This document shows, one piece after another, positions 55,639-64,000 of a stretch of 64,000 bases of DNA. Every line of letters begins with the position of its first letter. The stretch's first letter is position 1. The stretch is taken from positions 110,037 through 174,036 of the forward strand of contig JBDRLL010000010.1 of assembly GCA_043813075.1 (NCBI GenBank). Reading direction: 5' to 3'. The notes beneath the pieces are model-generated. The model saw only the letters and a list, made by a program, of their open reading frames with translations, did no database searches and had not been told where the DNA came from. Source of the DNA: Candidatus Altiarchaeota archaeon. Lineage in GTDB: Archaea > Altiarchaeota > Altiarchaeia > IMC4 > SCGC-AAA252-I15. A program made the position numbers and the translations under genes.

Positions 55639-57495
55639 GTGATGGACGCATTCCCCTACCCACGCGTGCGGCCGGGACAGAAGGAGTTCATAGCGGACGT
55701 TGAGGCTGCGTTGAAGGGCCAGGGCAACCTGGTCGCCCACGCTCCGACTGGCATAGGCAAGACCGCTGGTGTTGTCGCCCCCACACTCATGCATGCGTTG
55801 AAGGAGGGTAAGACTGTTTTCTTCCTGACGCCCAAGCACACCCAACACATCATAGTCGTCGACACACTCCAGCGGATAAAGGAGAAGATTAGGGCGGACT
55901 TTACTGTCATCGACATCATCGGCAAGCAGTGGATGTGCCCCCACCATATCAGCGACCTTTCTTCCCGGGAATTCAACGAGTACTGTAGGGCGAGGAAGAA
56001 GGATGAGGCGTGCACGCAATACAATAACGTACGCCGCGGGAAGCTTTCCGCGAGGGCGAAGGATCTTGTGGGAGAGTTGAAGGGCAGTGTGCTCCACAAC
56101 GAGGCATTGAAGAAGATGTGCCACAAGCACGACATGTGCCCCTATGAAATCTGCGTTGAGGTCGGTAAGAAGGCCGACTTCGTCGTCTGCGACTACTTCC
56201 ACGTGTTCTCCCCGTCGGTTAGGCGGGCTTTCATGGCCAAGCTGAACAAGCAGGTCTCAGACTCCATAATCGTCGTCGACGAGGCCCATAATCTCCCTGA
56301 CAGGGTGAGGAAGCTCTTGAGCAACAATCTCAGCGACTTCGCTTTGAAGCGGGCGGTCAAGGAGGCTTCATCACTCGGATTCCATGATCTCTCAGAGGAT
56401 ATTTCGTCTCTGAACAGTGTGTTGCGGAAGATGGGGAAGGGTTTGGGTGACGGCAGGGAGTCTTACGTGGGGAGGGATGATTTCATGAAACTTGTTTCAG
56501 AGTCTGTTGAAGCAGGCTACAATGACTTTACCGCCGACGTAGTGTCTCTCGGAGAGGAGGTGTTGAAGATTCCTGGACGCTACCGCTCTTTCTCCCGTGT
56601 CGTCGCACGCTTCCTGGAGTCTTGGAAGGGTGATGACGTCGGCTTCACGCGCATACTCCAGAAGTCCGGGCGCAACATCTCATTGAGCTACAAGTGCCTT
56701 GACCCATCAGTATCCTCAAGGGATGTATTTGACGAAGCCTCCTCCAGCATACTCATGAGCGGGACTCTCGTGCCATTGAGGATGTATTCCGACGTCCTAG
56801 GCCTCGATGAGTCCAGGACTGGGGAGAGGGCGTACACTTCCCCATTCCCCCATGAGAATCGTTTATCCCTTATCGTGCCCGGCGTCACGACAAAGTATAG
56901 CAGCCGCGGCGACCACATGTTCACTAGGTACGCCCGCATGCTGTCTGACATGATATCGAAGATTCCCGGCAATGCGGCGGTCTTCTTCCCAGCCTATCAC
57001 CTCATGAAGTCTATCATGCCCAGGGTTAATCCTGGCGTGAAGGAGTTTCTCGTGGAGCGGCAGGACATGCGGAAGGACGACCGGCGGAGGATGTTTCAGC
57101 GGCTTGTCAGCCTCCGCGACAATGGAGGCGGCGTGTTGTTCGGTGTGCAGGCCGGCTCGTTCAGCGAGGGTCTTGACTATGCCGGCAACCTGCTTGACGC
57201 GGTCGTGGTCGTCGGCCTTCCGTTGGAGCACCCGGATCTGGAGACTCAGGCCCTCATCGACTATTATGACTTCCGTTTTGAGCGTGGCTGGGACTATGGC
57301 TATATCTACCCTGCAATGAACCGGGCGTTGCAGGCGGCGGGCCGTTGCATCAGGAGCGAGACGGACCGTGGCGTGGTCGTCTTGATGGATGAGCGGTTCC
57401 GTTGGGGGAACTACCGGAAGTGCTTCCCCCAGGACATGGAGTTTGTTGTTAGTGAGACGCCTGAAAGGCATTTGGAAAAGTTTTTCAATAGTTGA
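55639..57495 (+). CDS. xpd: XPD/Rad3-family Fe-S DNA helicase
   Basis: 618 aa. APTGIGKT, VVDEAHNL, and four Cys of the Fe-S domain (CPHH, CRARKKDEAC, CPYE). Confidence 0.9.
   Translation: MMDAFPYPRVRPGQKEFIADVEAALKGQGNLVAHAPTGIGKTAGVVAPTLMHALKEGKTVFFLTPKHTQHIIVVDTLQRIKEKIRADFTVIDIIGKQWMCPHHISDLSSREFNEYCRARKKDEACTQYNNVRRGKLSARAKDLVGELKGSVLHNEALKKMCHKHDMCPYEICVEVGKKADFVVCDYFHVFSPSVRRAFMAKLNKQVSDSIIVVDEAHNLPDRVRKLLSNNLSDFALKRAVKEASSLGFHDLSEDISSLNSVLRKMGKGLGDGRESYVGRDDFMKLVSESVEAGYNDFTADVVSLGEEVLKIPGRYRSFSRVVARFLESWKGDDVGFTRILQKSGRNISLSYKCLDPSVSSRDVFDEASSSILMSGTLVPLRMYSDVLGLDESRTGERAYTSPFPHENRLSLIVPGVTTKYSSRGDHMFTRYARMLSDMISKIPGNAAVFFPAYHLMKSIMPRVNPGVKEFLVERQDMRKDDRRRMFQRLVSLRDNGGGVLFGVQAGSFSEGLDYAGNLLDAVVVVGLPLEHPDLETQALIDYYDFRFERGWDYGYIYPAMNRALQAAGRCIRSETDRGVVVLMDERFRWGNYRKCFPQDMEFVVSETPERHLEKFFNS
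57431..57495 (+). repeat. Direct repeat copy 1 (authentic 3' end of xpd)
   Basis: aggacatggagtttgttgttagtgagacgcctgaaaggcatttggaaaagtttttcaatagttga; compare 57574-57638. Confidence 0.85.
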
Positions 57496-57573
57496 TACTT
57501 CATGTGTCTGAGTCGTTGAGTGAACGTAGTGAACGAATGCGGCTCCCTGGTGTGAACTGACAGCGGCAGTTCT

Positions 57574-57638
57574 AGGGCATGGAGTTTGTTGTTAGTGAGG
57601 CGCCTGAAAGGCATTTGGAGAAATTCTTTAGCGTCTAG
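57574..57638 (+). repeat. Direct repeat copy 2: orphan copy of the xpd 3' end (19-codon remnant preceded by a stop)
   Basis: agggcatggagtttgttgttagtgaggcgcctgaaaggcatttggagaaattctttagcgtctag encodes MEFVVSEAPERHLEKFFSV*, versus MEFVVSETPERHLEKFFNS* in xpd. Confidence 0.85.
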
Positions 57639-57653
57639 TCCCTATCCTATCTT

Positions 57654-58052
57654 ATGTCTGTCGAGAAGCGTGTTGTTTCCGGTGGAGATGACTTGGTTGG
57701 CGGGGTTGAGTTGCGGAAGCCTCTCATACACATTGTGCGTCCGATTGAGGAGCATTACTGGCGTGATCTAGGCGACCGTATTGCAGTGCAGAAGCCTGTT
57801 GAACTCACCGTCCTTGACGACGACCCGTCTTTCAGGCAGCGTTTTCCGGACGAGCTTGTGGGTTTGTGCCGTGAATTGAGGGGGGAGGGTGTCAGGAAGA
57901 TTCATGTCTGCTATGATGCTGCCGGCCCTCACCATGAATTCATCTTTCAGATTGCTTCTGTCATGGGTTTCCGTCCGCACGGGAAGGGTGAGGGCAGGAT
58001 GTATGTTGAATTGAGTCGTTTGGACCGGTTCCTGGAGCGGGCAGGAAAATAG
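57654..58052 (+). CDS. Hypothetical protein
   Basis: 132-aa ORF with no recognised motif, directly after the xpd-end duplication. Confidence 0.4.
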   Translation: MSVEKRVVSGGDDLVGGVELRKPLIHIVRPIEEHYWRDLGDRIAVQKPVELTVLDDDPSFRQRFPDELVGLCRELRGEGVRKIHVCYDAAGPHHEFIFQIASVMGFRPHGKGEGRMYVELSRLDRFLERAGK

Positions 58053-58066
58053 ATAAAAAACAAGAC

Positions 58067-58093
58067 TATCTTATATTATATAAGATTATTTTT
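58067..58093. terminator. AT-rich palindrome plus T-run between convergent genes
   Basis: atcttatat t atataagat (9-bp arms) followed by tatttttt. It lies between the stops of 57654-58052 (+) and dapF (-). Confidence 0.4.
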
Positions 58094-58967
58094 TGTATTG
58101 GAAGTTTCCGGTGAATACTGTCTCCGCTGGCCCCGTCATCCTGACGTCAGTGAACCCACTGCCGTCTCCATCCAGGTTTATCTTCACTATGCCCCCCCTG
58201 GCGTGGAATACGAGCGTCCTGGAGGTGTCTGCCTTGCCTGCGAGCGCGCTGGCGACGGCGCTGGCGCATATCCCTGTTCCGCATGCGAGCGTCTCCCCTT
58301 CAACACCCCGCTCGTAGGTCCTTATCCTGAATTCGTTGTCTCCGACATCCTCAACGAAATGCACGTTTACCCCGTTTGGGAATGCCTTAACATAATGTCG
58401 GATGGTGCTTCCGTCGCCTAGCACGTCGGCTTCATCGACGTCGTCCACGAACAATACGGCGTGCGGGTTGCCCATTCCTACTGCAGTGATCACGTAGATG
58501 TTCCCGTCAACGTCGACTTCCTCCAGCACCATCGGCTCTGAAGGGTCGCCAATAGTGACTTGAGCGTCACCACGCTCCACCTGGGGGGCTCCCATCGACA
58601 CCATAACCCCCCTTACTATGCCGTCTGAAACCTCCAGTTCAAGCCTCTTCACTCCTGCAAGCGTCTCTACGCTAATAGACTCGTTTCCCACAAGGTCTTT
58701 CTCGTACGCGTATTTTGCGAAACACCGTATGCCGTTCCCGCACATCTCAGCTATGCTGCCGTCAGGGTTGAAGAAGTGGAATCTCGCGTCCTGGCTGGAA
58801 GACTTCTGCACAAAGATGACTCCGTCAGATCCAACCCCAAAATGTCGGTCAGAGACCATGGCCACGAACGACGGCTTCTCCTCCTCTGGAATGACCTCAG
58901 CCTCCCATTCGTCAACGACGATGAAGTCGTTTCCTGCCCCCTGCATTTTTGTGAACCTTACGTCCAT
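58086..58967 (-). CDS. dapF: Diaminopimelate epimerase
   Basis: MQGAGNDFIVVD, NPDGSIAEMCGNGIRCF and LACGTG (the two catalytic Cys motifs). Confidence 0.9.
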   Translation of the reverse strand: MDVRFTKMQGAGNDFIVVDEWEAEVIPEEEKPSFVAMVSDRHFGVGSDGVIFVQKSSSQDARFHFFNPDGSIAEMCGNGIRCFAKYAYEKDLVGNESISVETLAGVKRLELEVSDGIVRGVMVSMGAPQVERGDAQVTIGDPSEPMVLEEVDVDGNIYVITAVGMGNPHAVLFVDDVDEADVLGDGSTIRHYVKAFPNGVNVHFVEDVGDNEFRIRTYERGVEGETLACGTGICASAVASALAGKADTSRTLVFHARGGIVKINLDGDGSGFTDVRMTGPAETVFTGNFQYKK

Positions 58968-59026
58968 GTCGACTCAAACTATTAGATGGTTATTCAATAT
59001 AAGAAGTAATAATTAAGAACCAGACT

Positions 59027-61336
59027 ATGAAATGCCTACTGGATTCAGACTATGTGACGAGGGATGAGAAGCCTGTCATACGCCTCTACTACAAGTCTGG
59101 GAAGGGTCGTGAGATAGTGGAGGTCACTGACTTCGAGCCATACTTCTACGCCCTCTCAAACGACGTCGAGTCTCTGGCCGGGTTGGTGGGAAAGCTGGAT
59201 GGGGTGGTGAAGACAGAGAGAGTGTCGCGTATCGTGGATGGGCGTGGGATGGGCGTGCTCAAGGTGGTTGTGACCCAGCCCAAGGAGGTTCCCCGGCTCA
59301 GGGGTGAGGTTGCTATGACACAGGGGTGTAGGGGCGTTAGGGAGGCTGACATACCTTTCGCGAGGAGGTACATAACCGATTCCGGTATACTGCCGATGGA
59401 GAATGCTGAGAACGTTGAGATAAACGTTGCTGCCATAGACATCGAGGTGTACAATGCTAGGGGTGAGCCGGTCGCCTCCCGAGACCCGGTGATTATGATA
59501 AGCTACGCGGACACTAAGGGGCTTGAGCGAGTCTGGACCTATGATGTCGACGGCGTAAGACAGGATTTTGTTGAAGTCCTGGCCGACGAGAAGGCTATAA
59601 TCCAGAAGCTGGTTGACACTATACGTGAGCAGGAGGTGGACATACTCACTGGATATAACACAGACAACTTCGACTTCCCCTACCTGAACGACCGCGCGGA
59701 AAAACACAAGATCGAGTTGAACATGGGGTTTGAGGGCCAGGCTATACGCATAGAGCGTAGGGGCATGAACAACGGGGTCCGCATAACGGGCAGGCCTCAC
59801 GTCGACATGTATCCTGTATGCAGGTCTGTCTTCAACCTGCCCCGTTATACTCTGGAGGACGTGTATGCGAGCATGTTTGGGGAGGAGAAGATAGACGTCA
59901 AGGCGGGTGAGATGCATGAGATATGGGATTCCAAGGACCCTGACAGGCTCGCGGAATTCTTGGAGTACTCTATGAGCGACGCGAAGTCGACGTTGATGAT
60001 TGCGTTGAGGATGCTTCCCCTCGAGTATGAGCTCTCGAAGGTGGTTAGGCAGCCGTTGTACGAGGTCTCTAGGATGTCATCCAGCCAGCGGGTGGAATAT
60101 CTCCTTGTCTCAGAGTCTTTCAAGCAGGGCAGGATCGTCCCGAATCGTCCTTCAGACGACGAGTATGCTGACAGGAACGACGGCAAGTACGAGGGCGCGT
60201 ACGTTGTGGATCCTGTGAGGGGGATACACGACAACATAATACTCTTCGACTTCCGCAGCCTGTATCCTAGCATAATCATATCCCATAACGTAGACCCCGA
60301 CACGTTGAACTGCTCATGCTGTTCTGGCGAGAACAAGTCCCCCACCGGAGACCATTACTGCATTAAGACTAGGGGGTTTATTCCCGGAGTGTTGGAGAAG
60401 CTGATTCAACATCGCATGGACGTTAAGAAGCGGATGAAGCAGGAGACGGAGGCTGCCCGGAAATCCCTTTTGGATGTGGAGCAGCAGGCGTTGAAGCTCC
60501 TCGCAAACAGCATGTACGGGTACTACGGGTTCCAGAGGGCGAGGTGGTATTGCAGGGAGTGTGCGAGCAGCATAACCGCGTGGGGGAGGGACTACATACA
60601 CAAGGTGATAAAGGATGCGGGTGAGAACGGTTTTAACGTCGTATACGGGGACACTGACAGCGTATACCTGACCCTACCTGACATGGAGGATACCGACGAG
60701 ATCATCTCCCGTTCAAAGGAGTTCCAGAAGAAGGTTAACGCGAAGCTTCCTGAGGCCATGGACTTGGAGTTCGAGGGATTCTATCCCCGCGGGGTGTTCA
60801 TAACAAAGAAGAGGTATGCGCTTATAGACTTGGACGGGAAGCTTAGCATCAAGGGCCTTGAGACGAGGCGGCGGGATTGGGCTGAAATTGCGAAGGAGAC
60901 CCAGAAGAAGGTTTTGGACGCGATACTCAAGGACAGGGATCCTGAGAAGGCTGCGGAGATCGTTAAGGGTGAGGTGCAGAGGATAAAGTCTGGGGAAGTC
61001 CCACTCAAGGAACTTACTATAAACACGCAGATGACCCGCAACATAGGCGGCTACGTTTCGGAAGGCCCTCATGTTACTGCAGCCAAGAAGGCGATGAAGG
61101 ATGGAAGGGAGTTCAAGCAGGGCGACATAATCACTTATGTGATAACCCGGAGGGGTGAGAGCATCAGCGACAGGGCTAGGCTGGTGGAATCCATAGGCGA
61201 GGGGGATTATGACCCTGACTACTACATAAACAACCAGTTGCTGCCCGCGGTCATGAGGATACTGGAGGCGTTGGGCTACACTGAGGATGAGTTGAAGGGC
61301 CTTGGAAAGCAGATGACTTTAGACTCTTTCAATTAG
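59027..61336 (+). CDS. polB: Family B DNA polymerase
   Basis: 769 aa. Exo I AAIDIEV, Exo II YNTDNFDFPYL, Exo III YSMSDA, Pol A DFRSLYPSII, Pol B KLLANSMYGYYG, Pol C YGDTDS. No intein. Confidence 0.95.
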   Translation: MKCLLDSDYVTRDEKPVIRLYYKSGKGREIVEVTDFEPYFYALSNDVESLAGLVGKLDGVVKTERVSRIVDGRGMGVLKVVVTQPKEVPRLRGEVAMTQGCRGVREADIPFARRYITDSGILPMENAENVEINVAAIDIEVYNARGEPVASRDPVIMISYADTKGLERVWTYDVDGVRQDFVEVLADEKAIIQKLVDTIREQEVDILTGYNTDNFDFPYLNDRAEKHKIELNMGFEGQAIRIERRGMNNGVRITGRPHVDMYPVCRSVFNLPRYTLEDVYASMFGEEKIDVKAGEMHEIWDSKDPDRLAEFLEYSMSDAKSTLMIALRMLPLEYELSKVVRQPLYEVSRMSSSQRVEYLLVSESFKQGRIVPNRPSDDEYADRNDGKYEGAYVVDPVRGIHDNIILFDFRSLYPSIIISHNVDPDTLNCSCCSGENKSPTGDHYCIKTRGFIPGVLEKLIQHRMDVKKRMKQETEAARKSLLDVEQQALKLLANSMYGYYGFQRARWYCRECASSITAWGRDYIHKVIKDAGENGFNVVYGDTDSVYLTLPDMEDTDEIISRSKEFQKKVNAKLPEAMDLEFEGFYPRGVFITKKRYALIDLDGKLSIKGLETRRRDWAEIAKETQKKVLDAILKDRDPEKAAEIVKGEVQRIKSGEVPLKELTINTQMTRNIGGYVSEGPHVTAAKKAMKDGREFKQGDIITYVITRRGESISDRARLVESIGEGDYDPDYYINNQLLPAVMRILEALGYTEDELKGLGKQMTLDSFN

Positions 61337-61531
61337 CCCCCAAGGCATTATGCGATGGCGTTTTGGATTGCAGGCGCATGGACGTCCATTCATGGCTTAT
61401 TCCACAGGAAAAAATCCTCCACTATGTCTTCGTGAAATTCGAAGGCGACGGAATCCATTCTGTCGGGAGGGTTACTGTCTTGGAAAAAGATGGTGCTCCT
61501 CCACGTGTGGAGGATTATCATGTATCAGCAT

Positions 61532-62380
61532 TCACTGCTTCACTAGGCTTTCAAGCTTTATCGTGAAGACTATTGTCTGCCCAGCAAGCTCGTGGTTGAA
61601 GTCGACGGTATAATTCTCCTCGTCAACTATGACCCTTGCAGGGCCGTATATCGTAACGACCTTGCCCTGTTGGGCGTCGACATATGCTATGAGCTCGTCA
61701 TCGGTTGTCGAGATGTTCACGTCCCCGAAGACAGTCTCAAAAGTGAGGCCCTCTGGCGGGTCGTGCCTGAAGTATACTGTCTCATTCTCGATTCCCGTAA
61801 CCGTCATAGGCCAACTCCAGAAGTAGTCTGTGCTGTTGGACACGTTGAATATCATGCCGACTTCAGGCTCCAAGCCCACTATCGACTCGAACGTCTCTAT
61901 CGTAGCGTTCTGCACCCTCTCGCTCACCTGCTTCTTGGATTCCGTCTTTATCAGCCTGGGGTCTGGGTATCCGTACGCTTCCTCGGGAGTCAGTGTCACA
62001 GTCTTCTCTTCCCCCACATTCATGCCTTTTACCGCGTTCTCGAATTCCGGGAGGAAAGCTCCCGCACCCAGCGTGAATGTTATCGGACTGTAAGTCCTCA
62101 ACGGGTTGTAGACCATAGCCTCCTTGGCCTTGTCTTCATAGCTAGTGTCGAATATGCTGCCGTTCGTGAACATGCCAACGTAGTTCACGCTGACGACGTC
62201 GTTGTCGTCTGCGACCCCGTTGTCGGCTGGCAGTGTTGTTGGACTAGTGGGTATCGCTACTGGGGTTTCACCACCCATGTCATACCCCTTCTGGAACAAT
62301 AGGACTGCGAAGGCGATGAACAATACTATTATGACCGCTACTATGAGCTTGTTTCCGCTGTCTGGCATTCTTTTTATCAC
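61532..62380 (-). CDS. Membrane-anchored FKBP-type peptidyl-prolyl isomerase (SlyD-like with IF insert)
   Basis: N-terminal TM segment LIVAVIIVLFIAFAVLLF. FKBP core VSVNYVGMFTNGSIFDTS...FTLGAGAFLPEFENAVKGMNVGEE. C-terminal HELAGQTIVFTIKLESL. Confidence 0.8.
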   Translation of the reverse strand: MIKRMPDSGNKLIVAVIIVLFIAFAVLLFQKGYDMGGETPVAIPTSPTTLPADNGVADDNDVVSVNYVGMFTNGSIFDTSYEDKAKEAMVYNPLRTYSPITFTLGAGAFLPEFENAVKGMNVGEEKTVTLTPEEAYGYPDPRLIKTESKKQVSERVQNATIETFESIVGLEPEVGMIFNVSNSTDYFWSWPMTVTGIENETVYFRHDPPEGLTFETVFGDVNISTTDDELIAYVDAQQGKVVTIYGPARVIVDEENYTVDFNHELAGQTIVFTIKLESLVKQ

Positions 62381-62445
62381 ACTCTTGATTCGAATCTGTC
62401 CAATACTTTGTATTTTAACCTTAATAAGTTAATTGTTTTCTTGCA

Positions 62446-63693
62446 ATGAAGTTCGAGCGTCCGAGGGGTACTAGGGATTTTCTTCCGGATGAGATGATGT
62501 CAAGGAAGTCCGTGGAATCCAGGATAACCGGTGTATTCGATTCTTTCGGATATCAGCAGGTGCTTACGCCGGTGTTCGAGCACACTGAACTATTCCACGC
62601 CAAGTCTGGGCAGGAAATATCCCAGCACATGTATGTTTTTGACGATAAGGGCGGTAGAAGCCTGTGCCTCAGGCCTGAGGCTACCGCGTCGATAGCGAGG
62701 ATGCTGGCTTCCGGGCTGAAGACGATGCCAAAGCCGGTTAAGGTATATTACTCCTGCCCGATGTACCGTTATGAGGAGCCTCAGAAGGGGCGTTACCGCG
62801 AGTTCTGGCAGGCTGGGGTTGAGTTGGTTGGCATGGATTCTCATGAAAGCGATGCTGAAGTCGTGTTGATAGCCTCCGAATGCCTTAGGACTCTTGGCGT
62901 GGAGCATAAACTAAGGGTCAGCGACCTTCGGGTGCTGAAGCATGTTCTCGCCGCATCGGGCCTCAAGGAGTCCGAGCAGGATAGTGTGATACACTTGCTG
63001 GACAAGGGCGACATTGAGGGTGTGAAGGCGAAGGTGAGGGACGAGTCCTTCTTCAAGATAATCGGCTTGAAGGGCGGGTTGGATGCTGTCGAGGCGGTGG
63101 AGAAGATTGTGGGCGAGAAGATAAAGACTATCACGTCCGGATTCAAGGGCATTCTTGCTCTGCTCGATTCTGTTGGCGTCGCGTATACCGTTGACTTCAG
63201 TATGGCCCGCGGCCTAGACTACTATACCGGCATGGTGTTTGACGTTAAGGTGGATGGTCTAGGAGCGCAGGACCAGGTCTGTGGCGGCGGCAGGTATGAC
63301 CGGCTCATAGGATTGTTCGGCGGTCCTGACACTCCTGCGGTCGGGTTCGCGTTCGGCTTTGACAGGGTACTGGAGTCGATGCACTTGCAGGGGATTGATT
63401 TGGGGCGTTCTTCGGTGGACGTCTACGTCATCGCGGTCGATGATAATGTGGGCGACAAGGCTTTTGAGATATCATCAATGCTCCGGAGGAGTCTTGGAGG
63501 CAGGGTCGTCGTGCATGGTCTAGCAAGGAAGAAGCTGAGCAAGGCTCTTGAGGTGGCCAGCAACATGTCTGCGAGTTATGCTGTCATAGTCGGCTCTAAG
63601 GAGCTTGAGGATGGTTCGGTGATACTGAAGGATATGTCTTCAGGCAGCCAGGAGAAGCTCGCTATCGCGGATATTGCGTCTAGGATTAAGTGA
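62446..63693 (+). CDS. hisS: Histidine--tRNA ligase
   Basis: 415 aa. Class II motifs LRPEATASIAR, YRYEEPQKGRYREFWQ, GGGRYD and GFAFG. Confidence 0.93.
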   Translation: MKFERPRGTRDFLPDEMMSRKSVESRITGVFDSFGYQQVLTPVFEHTELFHAKSGQEISQHMYVFDDKGGRSLCLRPEATASIARMLASGLKTMPKPVKVYYSCPMYRYEEPQKGRYREFWQAGVELVGMDSHESDAEVVLIASECLRTLGVEHKLRVSDLRVLKHVLAASGLKESEQDSVIHLLDKGDIEGVKAKVRDESFFKIIGLKGGLDAVEAVEKIVGEKIKTITSGFKGILALLDSVGVAYTVDFSMARGLDYYTGMVFDVKVDGLGAQDQVCGGGRYDRLIGLFGGPDTPAVGFAFGFDRVLESMHLQGIDLGRSSVDVYVIAVDDNVGDKAFEISSMLRRSLGGRVVVHGLARKKLSKALEVASNMSASYAVIVGSKELEDGSVILKDMSSGSQEKLAIADIASRIK

Positions 63694-63694
63694 C

Positions 63695-64000
63695 TTATTC
63701 TATCGGGCCCCAGAGGATTCCGTTGCTTACGTGCGGGAGTCCTGAAGCCGGATTGTTGTATCTGACTGTGACGTTAGCCCTGTAGTATTCGCCGGACTTG
63801 TCCAGTACCGGGCAGCCGGTGACTATGCCCATGTATGTGGCTGCAGGCCTCATCCTCTCTCCCGTGCCTATGGTTATGGGTCCGCTGCATTCGCCTTGTC
63901 CGCCTGATATCATGGACGCGTCTATTTCAGTGAGGTTGAGTATGGTGCCTCCCTCGTTTGTCAGCACCACAGTGAGTTCTCCTGCGGAGTCCAGCTTCCA
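63695..64000 (-). CDS. Hypothetical, probably exported, protein; N-terminus beyond the window
   Basis: The reverse frame is open to position 64000 (...WKLDSAGELTVVLTNEGGTILNL...). The track calls an internal GTG at 63970. No diagnostic motif. Confidence 0.4.
   Translation of the reverse strand, partial: WKLDSAGELTVVLTNEGGTILNLTEIDASMISGGQGECSGPITIGTGERMRPAATYMGIVTGCPVLDKSGEYYRANVTVRYNNPASGLPHVSNGILWGPIE

Noticed and set aside
55633-57471. Minus-strand ORFs of 189, 159, 94 and 202 aa
   Set aside because: All are antisense to xpd, whose helicase and Fe-S motifs are unambiguous.
59156-59917. 253-aa minus-strand ORF
   Set aside because: Antisense to polB.
61363-61566. 67-aa plus-strand ORF between polB and the FKBP gene
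   Set aside because: It has some protein-like character (ILHYVFVKFEGDGIHSVGRVTVLEKDG) but no motif. It overlaps the FKBP 3' end and contains the palindrome tcctccacgtgtggagga. Evidence is insufficient without conservation data.
61592-62302. 236-aa plus-strand ORF
   Set aside because: Antisense to the FKBP gene, with no motifs.

Overview
This window reads as an archaeal chromosome fragment. Family-B DNA polymerase, XPD, Lhr-core helicase, ScpA/ScpB, a split-type GMP synthase subunit B and AT-rich TATA-like upstream boxes support that call. The DnaK/DnaJ/GrpE, GAPDH, PFK and class-1 FBPase genes look bacterial in type, so an uncultivated small-genome lineage is plausible; that is a guess, not established. 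Coding density is very high: about 63 protein genes and one tRNA-Val(UAC). I saw no rRNA, CRISPR array, IS element or integrase. The main feature is an AT-richer accessory super-cluster at about 3.6-24.3 kb. It holds three paralogous radical-SAM enzymes whose architecture resembles the Tes/GDGT-MAS tetraether-lipid-synthase family, and two of these lie in tandem, divergent from an atypical UbiA-like prenyltransferase. It also holds two paralogous B12-binding (class B) radical-SAM enzymes, five GT-C/PMT-like polytopic glycosyltransferase-like proteins, a frameshifted GT-B glycosyltransferase, and two paralogous single-pass proteins with a shared C-terminal motif. I read this as a candidate membrane-lipid remodelling plus envelope glycosylation island. 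Several secreted proteins in the window carry poly-Thr linkers, which would fit an O-glycosylation role. Other items worth a second look: (1) a grpE-dnaK-dnaJ operon with a stand-alone EF-Tu-domain-2 protein and a radical-SAM gene inserted between dnaK and dnaJ; (2) tRNA-Val flanked by short-range duplications of its own 5' and 3' ends; (3) a duplicated 3' end of xpd whose second copy differs mainly by synonymous changes; (4) an operon-like group of Cys-rich secreted proteins including an M64-like metalloprotease with triplicated Asp/Cys modules; (5) a pfk-fbp operon. All functional calls come from motifs read by eye in the supplied translations. No database search was run.
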